Positions 1 through 13,130 are shown, counted from the stretch's first letter. The stretch: 64,000 nucleotides of DNA from Octopus vulgaris (GCA_951406725.2 OX597822.1:99572001-99636000); one strand, 5' to 3'. Translations and numbers: made by a program. The notes: generated from the letters alone by a model not told the origin.

Positions 1-47
1 TACTTGTTGCTATCCCATTAATTAAACATCTGCTTTTGTTCTTTTAG

Positions 48-89
48 CTTTGCTGGCAACAGCTCTCCTGATATCAGATGCAGTCTCAG
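48..89 (+). other. Candidate 42-nt exon (unverified)
   Basis: Acceptor tgcttttgttcttttAG at 46-47 and donor CAG|GTAAAG at 90. Phase 1-1, open frame LLATALLISDAVS, which resembles a signal peptide. No homology recognised. Confidence 0.2.
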
Positions 90-1318
90 GTAAAGATTAT
101 AAATATGAGTGGGAAGGAACCAAGCAGCTTATAGCATCAAGTGTCTCACTGAGAACAGTCTCCATTTAACATTTTCTTCAATGTGAATATGCAATGATGT
201 GAAATTAATGGCTATATGTAATTTTCAAAATTGGAAAAAAAATCTTAAACAAATGGAAAATGTCAGGAAAATATCCATAATTTGCAATGGATTTTTCATA
301 TTTTTTGCACTATTTTAAAACAGTCTGGAAATTAGAATTTAGAATACACAAAAAGTCTATAGAATCAAGTCATAACAAAATTAACTTTATCTATACACAA
401 ACAGACAGACAAATGGATATATATGGCTGGGTGAATGGATGGATTGATTTGTATTGTTTTATAAAGATTAAAATTTAGGCAAGGAAATAGTATTATATTC
501 TAGCACAATGAGTAAATGTTAAGTATTAAAACTGGTTGCACAAAGTTTCATTGTTCATGGATAAAACTTCAACAATCCCGGAATAAAGTTCCAAGAATTT
601 TTTGCCTCCTGATGCAAATCAAGGTACATCTCAATGAATAAATCATTACAAAATATTTCAATTAACAAAAGAAGAAAAAAATCAGAATTTTAGTTAAAGA
701 GATAAATACAATAATAATAAATTTATGAATAATAAATAATAGATTAATATTACTATATTAACAAAGCAAAATAGAATAAACCCCCACAGTTATTTCACTG
801 GATACATATAATTTTCCATTTTTTCCCTTTTCTTCCTCTAATGTTATTTTAAATTATTAGCAGCTATATTATCTTGCATTCTTCAGATAAAATAGATTGT
901 AATAAAGAAAGCCATTATCTTATTTTTAACTCAAATCTTTCAAGTATGATGTGAAGCTATTCAGTACTTAATAAAAAATAAAAATAAAAAAAACATATCG
1001 TTATATTTTTTCTTTTTAAATTCTGAAAGCTATTTAAAGCATTGAAATGGTTCTGCAACATAACAATTGAAATCAGAAGTCTTAGAATATCATCATTAAT
1101 TGATTGAAAGCTGTATTTCACTACAAAAAATGTTATACTTGACCCTTTGATCAACTAACTGCTGCAGCCTCTATAATGAGACCCTGGACCAGATTTCAAA
1201 AGATGAAAATTACGCTGATAGGGCTGAGGCACATCTATCACTATTCCTTTGGATAGCAACATCTCCTTTACCTACCTGCCTACTAACCCTCTAATTGGGG
1301 CTGGTGCCCTAAATAACT

Positions 1319-1694
1319 TAAGGAAGCACTCCGTTGGTTACGACGACGAGGGTTCCGGTTGATCCGAATCAACGGAACAGCCTGCTCGTGAAATTAACAT
1401 GTAAGTGGCTGAGCACTCCACAGACACGTGTACCATTAACGTAGTTCTCGGGGATATTCAGCGTGACAAGGCCGGCCCTTTGAAATACAGGTACAACAGA
1501 AACAGGAAGTAAGAGTGAGAGAAAGTTGTAGTGAAAGAGTACAGCAGGGATCACCACCATCCCCTGCCGGAGCCTTGTGCAGCTTTAAATGTTTTCGCTC
1601 AATAAACACTCACAACGCCCGGTCTGGGAATCGAAACCGCGATCCTATGACCGCGAGTCCGATGCCCTAACCACTGGGCCATTGCGCCTCCACT
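1319..1694 (-). mobile_element. tRNA-derived SINE, family D (tRNA-Arg(TCG)-like head), full length
   Basis: Minus-strand head has A box TGGCCCAGTGG, anticodon-like loop GGACTCGCGGTC and B-box-like GGTTTCGATTCC. 11-bp TSD cctaaataact at 1308-1318 and 1695-1705. Near-identical copy at 17779-18194. Confidence 0.9.
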
Positions 1695-2823
1695 CCTAAA
1701 TAACTGTACATTATTATCTGACCCAACTGTTCTGACTGCACTGCTATGTACACATCATCACTTGGTTCGTGGTCATTTTCATTATTCTAACTTGAATTAC
1801 TGCCTTACTCACTTTCTTCATCAGAATCTGATAACTAGGCAAATATCTGGACTAGTAATAGCTTTCTCTGGGCCATTTTCTTTCTTTTTTAGTAATTTGA
1901 ATCCCTAAAAACAGGACAATTACAGACAGGTAGAATTCTCGAGATTGCACAAGTCACAAAAGGATAAAGACCCCCTTTGGTCATGAATGACCGTGGGATT
2001 GCACCTAGAAAGTTACCCTCCGAGGCACTGAAGTCACTGCGCAAGAATTTATTGTCACCTTTTAGATAAGAAAATATTTTGTATTGTCCAAGGAAAGATT
2101 AATTAATATAATATAAGCTAAAGTGCCATTCATGCATGGTCATTGTCAGTCCTGCTTGACTGGCTCCCATGCCAGTGGCACATAAAAAGCACCATTCAAG
2201 CGTGGTTGATGCCAATACCACCTGACTGGCCCTCGTGCCAGTGGTACATAAAAAGCACCCACTACATTTGAGTGGTTGGCGTTAGGAAGGGCATCCTCGC
2301 CTTGTGCAGCCTTCTGGCTTGCCACTCCTCAGTCTGAGAAAGAGGTCCTAACACCAAAATATCAAGGCAAAATTTCAACTGCTGTTCTGTTTCCACTTTT
2401 GTAGTTCACTTTTGTATTTCATTTGCCTTGTTTCAGCTTTAACGAGCTTTTATCTAATGCAATATCACACAATTCTTCATCCAAGCTGCTCTATAATTAT
2501 TATAATTTAACTTTTATCAAATTTCTTGCTGCTCATATAAAATGATACAATGAATATTAATTTTCAAATGAAAACTATTTATCACCTTGAAATAAAATAA
2601 AATTGAGAAAAAATATATTCAAAAAACAAAAAATAAATTGAAAACATTGGTTTATATCATGGATGTTCTCACACACACAGACACTCTCCTCTTCTCTCTA
2701 TGATTTTTACTCTTTCATTCTATGTCTCTGTGTTTTGGGTTGGGGGGGGGGGCATTAATTTACTCATTACCTGCCACAAGCCTAGTATGTGGACAGATCC
2801 TGTATCTTACTTTCTCTATCTTT

Positions 2824-3220
2824 CATCATCATCATCATCATCATCGTTTAACATCCGCTTTCCATGCTAGCATGGGTTGGACGGTTTGACTGAGGGCTGG
2901 CGAACCAGATGGCTGCACCAGGCTCCAGTCTTGATCTGGCAGAGTTTCTACAGCTGGACGCCCTTCCTAATGCCAACCATTCCGAGAGTATAGTGGGTGC
3001 TTTTACGTGCCACTGGCATGGGGGCCAGCCAGGCGGTACTGGCAACGACCTCGCTCGAACCTTTTTACACATGCCACCGGCACAGGTGCCAGTAAGGCGA
3101 TGCTGATAACGATCCCACTCAAATGGTGGCTCCTACATGCCACCGGCATAGAAGCCTTTTAGCCGCTCTGGTAACGATCCCGCTCGGATGGTGTTCATGC
3201 CCGTCATGCCACTGGCACAA
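2824..3220 (-). mobile_element. Retroposon family C: (ATG)n tail with internal ggtgctttttacgtgccaccggcac repeats
   Basis: (cat)n tail followed by ttccatgctagcatgggttggacg...ggacgcccttcctaatgccaacca. The same block recurs at 9767, 13208, 29840, 31168 and 37700. Confidence 0.85.
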
Positions 3221-4512
3221 TGACCAGAGAAACCAACATATCTAACATTATAAAGAGTATACTATTCAGTGCTGATTGAAATATGTTAAGAAATATTGAT
3301 ACCTTTGAAAAGCATACTGAGTATTTTATTGGCAATAACATGCCATGGGTGTTGAAAGAGTGAGTCAGTGTATATAGCATTATAATAATCTCAAACACTG
3401 GTTTATGAAATTGATTTGATATGTTGAAATGGTGATATGCTATGCTTGTTAAGAACACAGTAAATGTGAGATAGATAATAATTAGTAATACACCTTGCAT
3501 TTAGAGCTTCTTAAATGCACTGCCACAAATTCAATTAATATTTTTAATTAAAGCTTTAACGAAAAAGATAATGTTAGGCTATTATTATTTTCAGCATGTT
3601 TTTTAGTTATGAATAAAAACTATTCCAAGCAAAATAATTGCATAAAAAGAAAAGTGTGTATCACTTTTAAGTGCATCAAGTACATATGCAACTGGTGCAG
3701 TTTAATGGTGACACGAGCATCTCTAAGTTGCAGCTGAATTTCTGAAAGCAATGAACACTACTAAATTCTAATGGAATGATAAAAAAAAAAATCCGATTAT
3801 AACTAATGGAATAAAAAAAATATGGTTATGCAATGAGAAAGAGGAAATTTGTTACATAATTGACATTAGCAAGAGCAGCTGACTCTAAGGTAAATCTAGG
3901 TTAAGGTAATCTTGACAAACTGAAGAAAACTAAAGTTAACGATGAATACAAGCCATAATGGATACATGGCTGATATTAATTGAATAATGAGGAATTAAAT
4001 GTACAAATGTATACATTCATCTGAGGTAATCAACCTCCATAAAAATGTTAGAATATACTAGCCTATACAACGCATGGGTAGCCAGATGGTATGTTATTAA
4101 TACTAGTTTATAGAATGCATGGATTGCCAGTAGGTATAGTACTAACACAAGCCTATACAGAGAGCATGGATGGCTAGTTATGATTTTATCTATAGAAGCG
4201 TTAATGTATCTGAGTTTATTTCTTAGAAAATGGTTATTTGTTGTTTCTCATTTTCAGTTGATAAAGAAAGATGTTTTTGATCTTTTTATTGTATTTTTCC
4301 AGTTAATTTGTTTTTTATTTTGTAATCTTTTGATTAAAATATTTAAACAATATACAACCAGAGAAAGATGAATGGGAAACTGTTGCATTCATCATTCCTG
4401 TTCCATAGGATAAACTGAAATGCCTTGAAGCAGAAATCAAAACCAATAGACTTTCTATGTAGCCATATAAATACTTTTCTTTACTCAAAGTAACATAATA
4501 CCATGTATTTAA

Positions 4513-5580
4513 CCCTTTCGTTACTATATTTCTGACCAAAATACACCCCTTATGTGTTTCAATTAATTTCTAACATAATCATAAATTTAGTCTGGTTTCA
4601 TAAAACAACAATAACTTTTTTTATTTATCAATATATTTTGATTTTTGGAAGATAATTTAATGAAATGTTCTCAACCAATTCTATACTATAATTTTTGTCA
4701 CAAAGTGACTCTAATTGCAGGTAGATACAGGTAAATTCAACAAAATATAAAATTATTAAAATTTTGTTCAAACATCGCTAAATGGGTTATTAGCTAATAT
4801 TCAATTGGGTATACAACAAAATTTTACGATAGAATTTGTTATTCTGGGTAACTTTCTGATACCCATAATAATATTTATGGCAAAATAGTCTTAATTTCAT
4901 TTAAGGTTGTGGGAAACCACTAACTATCCTTTCTTTCGCTTTGTTTACATTTAGCGTAACGGTTCGTTTCCGCCATAATGATTTCAAATAGGCTCATTCG
5001 AAAAAGTAAAAAGAAATAGTCTAAGGCTTTACTCTCCTGGGAAAGTCTGTGGCTTGGTCCAGTTTCTTCAGAAAAATCACCGAAAGAAACAGTTTTTAAA
5101 TTTTCACTCCATTCAGGTGCCAATTCATTTTCTTTATTGCTGTCGGAGCTCTCGGATTCACTGTTTTCACTTTCGGAAAATGAAACATCAGATTCATTAT
5201 CAAATATCACGTGCTTTTTTTTTCAGTCATAGAGTTAGATTTATCAAGGTCTTCAGTAGAAAATCCTTTGAATTCTGACTTGCTGCTTGATATAATGAAA
5301 TTTGTATCCACTTTTTGTCAGAATTTCAAATTTTGAAAACACAATAGGAACAAATTTCAGAAAAAAATCTCCCAAAATTCACGGAATTAAAATTACACTT
5401 CGTTTGTTGTACAAAACTTTAGATGAACTGTTTACGAAGTATAATACGTGTTTTCACGAATGTACTAAAGAGATTTGCTCTGATATTCTCATTTAAATAT
5501 GAATAGGTAAATTCGGGCGGGTTTGGGCGGTTTGGTCACATTAACCAAAAATTCTTTCGGGCGGTTTGGTAACGAAAGGG
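4513..5580 (-). mobile_element. Internally deleted piggyBac transposon (1068 bp)
   Basis: TTAA at 4509-4512 and 5581-5584. 12-bp terminal inverted repeat (TIR) CCCTTTCGTTAC / GTAACGAAAGGG. Subterminal gggcgg(g)tttgg repeats at 5515-5570. Contains a transposase remnant. Confidence 0.95.
4832..5310 (-). pseudogene. piggyBac transposase N-terminal remnant (DDE_Tnp_1_7 / PGBD-like)
   Basis: Acidic N-terminus, then EW...GP...ALDYFFLLF...IIMAETNRYA. After a stop it continues WFPTTLNEIK and, after a frameshift, YFAINIIMGIRKLPRITN. The catalytic DDD region is absent. Confidence 0.9.
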
Positions 5581-6137
5581 TTAAATGTTTATGAAGGTGT
5601 ATATTTAATCATCCATGATAGTAAAATTAAGTTAGAAAATTAGATAAGCCAAAATAAATTAAAACACATATTAGTAATTCAAAGCAATTGATAAAACATG
5701 ATGCTACAACTGAATCATCAATTTCAATTATTTACCAAAATCTTTTAGCCTTTGGAAAACCACATTGTATTCTTATATTTACAAATGGTAAATAATTCAA
5801 ACTCTGGAAATGGCTTTCCTCATTTCTAATTATTCTAAGCACACATGCTTGTGTGTGTTTAGTTAATCTTTCAACAAATGAAACTCTCAAATTAAAAAGC
5901 ATTTCATACTTTCCTTGGTCTATTTTCTTTCTAGCTTCCATTAATTCTTTTAATGTCAACCCGCCCAAGACTGCCCTGGATCTATGATAGAAACTTCCCG
6001 TTTTAAATTGATCTTAATTAAAACCTGCCATCAAAATTCAATGTTAATTGATTCCAATCACTAGTTTAATTATAATAAAGTTATTTAAATAAATTCTGTT
6101 ATTTTCAAAATTAATTGAAACAAAAGCAAATTATTAC

Positions 6138-6487
6138 GTTTATTGATTTGTTTTGCAAGACTCCTAACGTGAAGTCCCATGTTGAAACAGATATTTTTAT
6201 ATTTTGGGGATGGTCAAATTTTGCCAATAAAACACATGTACTATATATTTGAACTTCACTTCAGCTTCATAATTATTATTCTAATTCTTCGTCAAAGCTC
6301 TTTTGTTACACATCCTATAACCGCATCAGCAACTAATACTGAGTCACTGATGAGGTCACAGGAGGTATGACAAAAGCGCTTTGAAAATAGAAAATAATAA
6401 TAATAAAAATAAAGCTAAAATGAAGACCGAATGTATAGAGCATGTGTTTAATTGGCACAATATGACTATCTCCAAGTATAACAATAA
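6138..6487. mobile_element. Old foldback element, probably Penelope-like, with degenerate hammerhead core
   Basis: Diverged inverted arms around a centre near 6335. CTGATGAG...AAAGCGCTTT at 6348-6381 is mirrored in the left arm. Homologous to 12924-13183. Confidence 0.6.
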
Positions 6488-6699
6488 AAAGCAGTCTATT
6501 TTAACAGAAATTTAGTAACAATGGTTAATCACATATGTGAATGAAAAGGAAGGTGTGTGTTTGTTACAGAGCAGAGGTAATCTCCTGGATAGCTGAACCT
6601 TTGACATGGTTTCAATACTCTATTCGACATTTTCATATATTCCCTACATTAGATTTTGAGAGATACCACTGGATGAGTCTCGATAAGATATTGGACTGT

Positions 6700-6862
6700 C
6701 AGGAGTGGCTGTGTGGTAAGTAGCTTGCTTACCAACCACATGATTCCGGGTTCAGTCCCACTGCATGGCACCTTGGGCAAGTATCTTCTACTATAGCCTC
6801 GAGCCGACCAAAGCCTTGTGAGTGGATTTGGTAGACGGAAACTGAAAGAAGCCCGTCGTATA

Positions 6863-6921
<59 letters not shown>

Positions 6922-7128
6922 ATAAGTTAGTGTCTGTGTTTGTCCTCCCAACATCATTTGACAACCGATGATGGTGTGTTTACGTCCCCGAAACTTAGTG
7001 GTTCAGCAAAAGAGAACGGTAGAATAAGTACTAGGCTTCCAAAGAATAAGTCCTGGGGTCGATTTGCTCAACTGAAGGCAGTGCTCCAGCATGGTCGCAG
7101 TCAAATGACTGAAACATGTAAAAGAGTA
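6700..7128 (+). mobile_element. tRNA-derived SINE family A, full length
   Basis: Head GTGGCTGTGTGGTAAG...GGGTTCAGTCCC, central (TA)n(TG)n tract and tail ending taaaagag. Many near-identical copies in the window. Confidence 0.9.
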
Positions 7129-7824
7129 TATCCTGCATTATCTTGTTGGCTCAAAACAACACTCATCCTTTCATCTTGCTGTCAAAAGGCTAATAACTGC
7201 AACAGCAGCCATAGATAAGTTGGGACTATTTCCTTAGCTTGCATTCTGAGTTTAAATATACACATAGGCGTAGCTGTGAGGTTAAGCATGCTTCGTAGCC
7301 ACAAGGTTTTGGGTCCAGTCTTACTGCAGAGCATATCGAGCAAGTGTTTTCCACTATAACCCTTTGATGACCAATGGTTTGCAAGGGAATTTGGTAGAGG
7401 GAAACTGAAACCAAAACTGTAGTGTGTGTGTGTGCACATATATATGTGTATGTGTGAATGTTTACAAAACCACTCTGCACTTCAATTACAAATGGTGACA
7501 TCATCATTTGTGGGCACTTTCAAATTCCTCTGAAATAGAAATCCCTTACTTGAGAAACAGGTAAGGGTTGGTAACAGAATATATATCTGACCATACAAAT
7601 CCTGCCTAAATTTCCACCTGTCTAAGCCATGCTACCATGGAAGAACAGATGCTAAATGAACCAGACAGCTGGAGATGAGCTTTACCAGTTATTTGACTGG
7701 TAAAAAGGCTGTTCCATGCTTCCATAACTTGACTGTTTAATGGTGCCACTATATACATATTTCTGAGGTACTAAGGTACTATAGTTTCAAAAAATATACT
7801 ATGTTGTTGTAAATTTAGGAGTTA

Positions 7825-8196
7825 CTAGAACTATGACCTGGCAACACCGGATCATAGTGCTAGTCCATGCATAAACAGCTGCGTGCGTGCGCACATACAC
7901 GCGAGTACTGTCCAAATCTTCCACCAATCACATACAGTTAACTGGTATTCAATTGGTGTATCAAGTTTCGGGCATTTTGATTGGGTTTTGGATAGTAAAT
8001 TCACGAAAAAAGTCACTTCTATTGATTTTTTAATGATTTTGCAGGGTGACTGAGGAAATGTAAAGATGTGCACAACCACCCTTGGACGGTTTTGAATGAC
8101 CATAGAAAGTGCAAGCCCTCTAACTGAAAAATTGTGGATTTGTATAAAGGATACACACACACACATAGACATTTTGCGTTTATATATATATAGAGA
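7825..8196 (-). mobile_element. Non-autonomous Helitron
   Basis: Minus strand reads A|TCTCTATATATA...hairpin CTATGATCCGG-tgttg-CCAGGTCATAG...CTAG|T. This gives a TC start, CTAG end, A/T target and no TSD. Confidence 0.8.
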
Positions 8197-8283
8197 TAAT
8201 CAGTTAGTATTAAACGGGTCTTAAAAATTTGAAAATTAGATGAGTTTTCTTTTTTTTACAGATGTAGAAACTAGGATCATGAA

Positions 8284-8590
8284 CAGATGTAGCCAGGTTC
8301 TAAAGTTAGGGGGAGTAAATATATAAAAAACAAAAAGTGCTGTGACGCATAGCAAACACTTTTTAACTTGTTTCTTGTATTACTTGAAATATTTCTTTAG
8401 TTATGATATGCATAATTCTACATTCATTGATTTCATGTTTCAGTAACAATGTCAGTATGTATGAAACATACAACAACTGATGCAGGTAACTGAAGATTAA
8501 AAAAACAAATTGTTGGAAAGGTGCCAATTTTGAAAAATGTACTTGGAGATGAGCAGTTACTCCCCTTGCTCCCCTATAGCTATGCCAATG
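8284..8590. mobile_element. Old hAT-like MITE
   Basis: Degenerate TIRs cagatgtagccagg / cctatagctatgccaatg and an imperfect 8-bp TSD atcatgaa / atcataac. Confidence 0.45.
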
Positions 8591-8643
8591 ATCATAACTG
8601 AATGAAACAGGAACATATTTTAGAATATATATATATATATATA

Positions 8644-8997
8644 CTAGCAGTATCTCCCGGCGTTGCTCGGGTTTGTAAGGGAAATAACTATATAAGCATT
8701 TTTAGAGATGTAAAGTATAATAGCCATCTCAATATGGCTAACCACAAAGAGGGGTGTTACTGTAGCTTTTTACGTTCTGAGATTTAATAATACATTTTTA
8801 GAGAGTTACTTCCCTTATATAATAGCAAAAAAAATGCATGGTAAAATCGTAGACGCATGCTAATACCCAGAAGGGCTCGATATGAATCACGACTATAAGA
8901 TACCCGCTTTTGGTTACACTGCACTGCAAAATGTGGGAGTAGTTAGGAATCTAAATCGTAGGAGACAGACACACAACTTCACTTTTATATATAAAGA
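8644..8997 (-). mobile_element. Non-autonomous Helitron (young)
   Basis: Minus strand reads A|TCTTTATATATA...CCCGAGCAACGCCGGG hairpin...CTAG|T, which are canonical Helitron termini. CpGs are intact. Confidence 0.88.
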
Positions 8998-9766
8998 TAT
9001 TCTAAAGAGGGAGAGAGAAAACCACTATATGTCATTATGCATTTCAATAATTAATGCAGAAACTCAAGGACTTATGATAAATTGAAAAATAATGTAGCTT
9101 ATATCTGTCCCCTAATGAAAATATATAGAACACTGAATTTTAAATCTGTGAAATTTAGCACTAACAATATCAACAGAAATAACAGAATTTATTTGGAACT
9201 GGTTATAGATGCAGGCATGGTTGTTTGGTTAAGAAGCTTGCTTCACAACTATGTGGTCACAAGTTCAGTCCCACAGCATAACATCTAGGGCAAGTGTCCT
9301 CTGCTATAGCAACAAGCCAATCAAAGACTTGAATGTATCTGAGAGACAGAAACCAAATTCAACCCATCAGGTGTGTGTGTCTGTGTGTGTACCATTTCCT
9401 TGGCATCATGTGACGGTTGTAAGTGAAATCTATGTCAGACGAGTAATATTTTGTTTCCAGTCTTCCATGGAAAACATGTCTGGCTGAAGGAATTAATACC
9501 CTGGAGACATTTGAGAGGTGGTAACAGGAAAGGCATCCATACAAAGAAAATCTGCATCAACAAATTGCATCTGACCCACGCAGGCATAGAAAAGTGGACA
9601 TCAAATGATGATGATAATTAGATAAAAAAAACAACAAAAAAACTAAATACTTCGATAGATATTCAATATTAACAAGTATCACAAAAAATATTTTTCTAGA
9701 GATATTATCTCAACATTATAAAAAACTGTATTGAGAACATCATTGAGATAAAATATATATATATAC

Positions 9767-10074
9767 ATCATCATTTAGCGTTCGTTTTCCATGCTAGCAT
9801 GGGTTGGACGGTTCAACTGGGGTCTGTGAAGCCGAGAGGCTTCATCAGGCCCAGTCAGATCTGGCAGTGTTTCTACGGCTGGATGCCCTTCCTAACGCCA
9901 ACCACTCCGTGAGTGTAGTGGGTGCTTTTTACGTGCCACCTGCACCGGTGCCAGACAGAGCTGGCAAACGGCCACGAACAGATGGTGCTTTTACGTGCCA
10001 CCGGCACGGGGGCCAGGCGAGGCTAGCAACGGACATGAACGGATGGTGCTTTTATGTGCCACCGGCATGGGGGC
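9767..10074 (-). mobile_element. Retroposon family C
   Basis: Same tail and internal repeats as 2824-3220. Confidence 0.85.
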
Positions 10075-10304
10075 CATTTATTTTTACCACTGGTTTTATA
10101 TATTTTTTTCTTCAAGCAAAGAGAATGAGACTGAAGTTAGAAAAGTAGCATAATTATAGTTGAAAAGAAAATAATAAAACAGGTTGTACTAAGGGAATTA
10201 ATCAAGAAATCAATATTCTAACCTAGCAGAATTACTTCACTAAATAAATTTTTAAAAAGTACATGACCACACGTTTGAGGACAACCTCGCTACTTGACTG
10301 GTAC

Positions 10305-10778
10305 TTTACCATTATTATGAACAAATTTCTATAGAAATGCACTGCCTTTGTTTCAAATGATTTTGATAATAACAAAGATGGTGGCGAGCTGGCAGAAACG
10401 TTAGCACGCTGGGTGAAATGCGTAGTTGTATTTTGTCTGCTGTTACATTCTGAGTTCAAATTCTGCCGAGGTCGATTTTGCCTTTCATCCTTACAGGGTC
10501 GATAAATTAAGTACCAGTTACGCCCTGGGGTCGATGTAATTGACTTAATCCGTTTGTCTGTCCTTGTTTGTCCCCTCTATGTTTAGCCCCTTGTGGGTAA
10601 TAAAGAAACAGATAATAACAAAGAATTTTGTAAAATAACTCATTATTAAGCTGATGTTTGGAACATAAATGAATATAAAATTTTGGTAGAAGGTTTTAAT
10701 TTAGATCACCAGAAAAAAGAAAGATTATGTCATAGAACAAAGGGCAGTCTCAGGGAGGTTTGCATGGAAAGGGTTATA
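10305..10778. mobile_element. Old piggyBac-family MITE interrupted by a SINE B copy
   Basis: The body aligns by eye with the MITE at 40540-40764 and ends gaaagggtta. Confidence 0.65.
10379..10610 (+). mobile_element. tRNA-derived SINE family B
   Basis: ggcgagctggcagaaacgttagc...gagttcaaattc...gcctttcatcc. 14-bp TSD gataataacaaaga at 10365-10378 and 10611-10624. Confidence 0.9.
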
Positions 10779-10820
10779 ATGATATGAAAATGATTAAAAA
10801 ATATATAAGCAAAGATAAAT

Positions 10821-10986
10821 AGGCGCAGGAGTGGCTGTGTGGTAAGTAGCTTGCTAACCAACCACATGGTTCCGGGTTCAGTCCCACTGCGTGGCATCTT
10901 GGGCAAGTGTCTTCTGCTATAGCCCCGGGCCGACCAATGCCTTGTGAGTGGATTTGGTAGACGGAAACTGAAAGAAGCCTGTCGTA

Positions 10987-11029
<43 letters not shown>

Positions 11030-11636
11030 ATGTGTTTGTGTGTCTGTGTTTGTCCCCCTAGTATTGCTTGACAACCGATGCTGGTGTGTTTACGTCCCCG
11101 TCACTTAGCAGTTCAGCAAAAGAGACCGATAGAATAAGTACTGGGCTTACAAAGAATAAGTCCCGGAGTCGATTTGCTCGACTAAAAGGCAGTGCTCCAT
11201 CATGGCCACAGTCAAATGACTGAAACAAGTAAAAGAGTAAAGAGTAGGTGCAGGCATACCTGAGAAGTAAAAAGCTTGCTTCCCAACCACATGGTTCTGG
11301 GTTCAGTATCACTGCATAGCACAGTGGGGAAGTGTTTTCTACTACAGCTTCAGGCTGATCAAAGCCTTGTGAGTGGATTTGGTACATGGAAACTGAAAGA
11401 AGCCCATTGTACATGTGTGTGTGTGTGTGTGTGTGTATCCCACCACCACCACTGCTTGACAACCGGTGCTAGTGTGCTTACATCCCTCTAACTTAGCAGT
11501 CAGCAAAAGAGACTGATAGAATAAGTACCAGGCTTTAAAAATATAAGTGCTGCAGTCAATACATCTAACTTAAAAACTTTTTTCAAGGCAGCGCCCAAGC
11601 ATGGCCGCAGTCAAATGACTGAAACAAGTAAAAGAA
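10821..11636 (+). mobile_element. Two tandem SINE A copies (young 10821-11246, older 11247-11636)
   Basis: Two consecutive head-to-tail copies of the family A consensus. Confidence 0.9.
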
Positions 11637-12923
11637 ATTTTTAAAATATTGTATGGAAACCTGGCCATCATAGCAAGAGAAAAGTATTGGAGTAGGACTG
11701 CATTCTTCAGTCATGTTATTCTTCAAATGTTATGTTCTAAATAATGTCATTATATTGTCTACAGTGATTACAACCAAAATATATTACATTGAAGTAGAGC
11801 TAGGTAAAAATAAAATTACTTAACATTCACCATTTCTATATGAACATGACCCAAAACCAGTCAATAAAATGGGTATAAAAGTTCTATAATTTCTTCATAC
11901 CAACTTGAAATATAACTGATCCTACTTCATCAGCCTTCAAAGAAGCAGAGAGTATAAAACTTAACCAATTCTACATATTACCATATATGTCAGAACAATC
12001 AATTATATCGCTTCGGATATGCCAAAAAAGAAGAAAAAAAAAAAAGTGAATTCATCCCCCACAGACACATTTCTACTTTACCCAGGTTATTTCCTTATAC
12101 AAAAGCTCTGTTCTTTCATGGAATGCACATCACCAGGAAAATGAACTGCTTAAAAGCATCAATGAAAAGTGGCTTGATTTACTACTCAGGCTTGACAGCT
12201 AACTGCAGGAACTTAAGAAGAAAATAGTATTTGACATCACGTTTTGCAAGAGATAAAAGAAGTTTGCACAAGTAAATGCATGCTTAAAAAAAACTGACAG
12301 GCATCTAAATTCTAGGAAAGACAGTCCTCTAATTTCTTCAAGAAAGAAAGAAAACAACAACATAAATTCTCAAAGGGAATATTAAAGAGACTATTATCAG
12401 CATGTGTGTGAAGATGCACAGCCTAATAATTAAAGCGTTTGGCTCATAATCATAATGTCAGAGGCTCAATTCCTGGACCAAGCAACTGTGTTCTGTCCTT
12501 GAGCAAGTTGTACCCTCGCCTACTCAACTGAAAATGAATACCCACTGTCTGCTGGTGTGGCACCCTTCCTTCAGCTGTTGCGTCTTGGATATGCTGCTGG
12601 GTGAATGCATGGGAGGGTCAAGAAGGTGTCTATGTCTGCTCATGAGTACAAAAGCACCAAAAAAACAAACTCAGGAATACATGGGATATGTTACCAAGCC
12701 ATATTCATTTGTGGGGGACTGCTGGCTTTTAAAATCAGCAGTTAAGTAAAAGCTTCATCACAATGGCTTTTTTTACATAACTACATCAATGACTCCTAAT
12801 CACATTCTTTGCCAGTGATACACCCTTCACTCTGCCTTATTCTTCTGCACAAATACACTGACTACATGTAATATAAACCCCCTTATTCCAGATTTGTATT
12901 ACTTCCAAGAAAAGAGACAACAA

Positions 12924-13130
12924 ATATTGTTGTATTTAGGAATGGTCATTTTGCCAGTTTAGCCAGTAAAAACACACGCACTATATATTTGGTGTTACTT
13001 TGCTTCAGCGTTATTTATAAAGATTAATGTAAAAAATAAATAACGCTGAAGCAAAGTAACACTAAATATATAGTGCGTGTGTTTTTACTGGCTAAACTGG
13101 CAAAATGACCATTCCTAAATACAACAATAT
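12924..13130. repeat. Near-perfect 95-bp inverted repeat with 17-nt spacer
   Basis: 12924-13018 is the reverse complement of 13036-13130 with one mismatch seen (tttggtg vs cactaaa). Confidence 0.95.

Noticed and set aside
1575-1694. tRNA-Arg-like sequence
   Set aside because: It is a SINE head followed by a SINE body and flanked by a TSD, not a tRNA gene.
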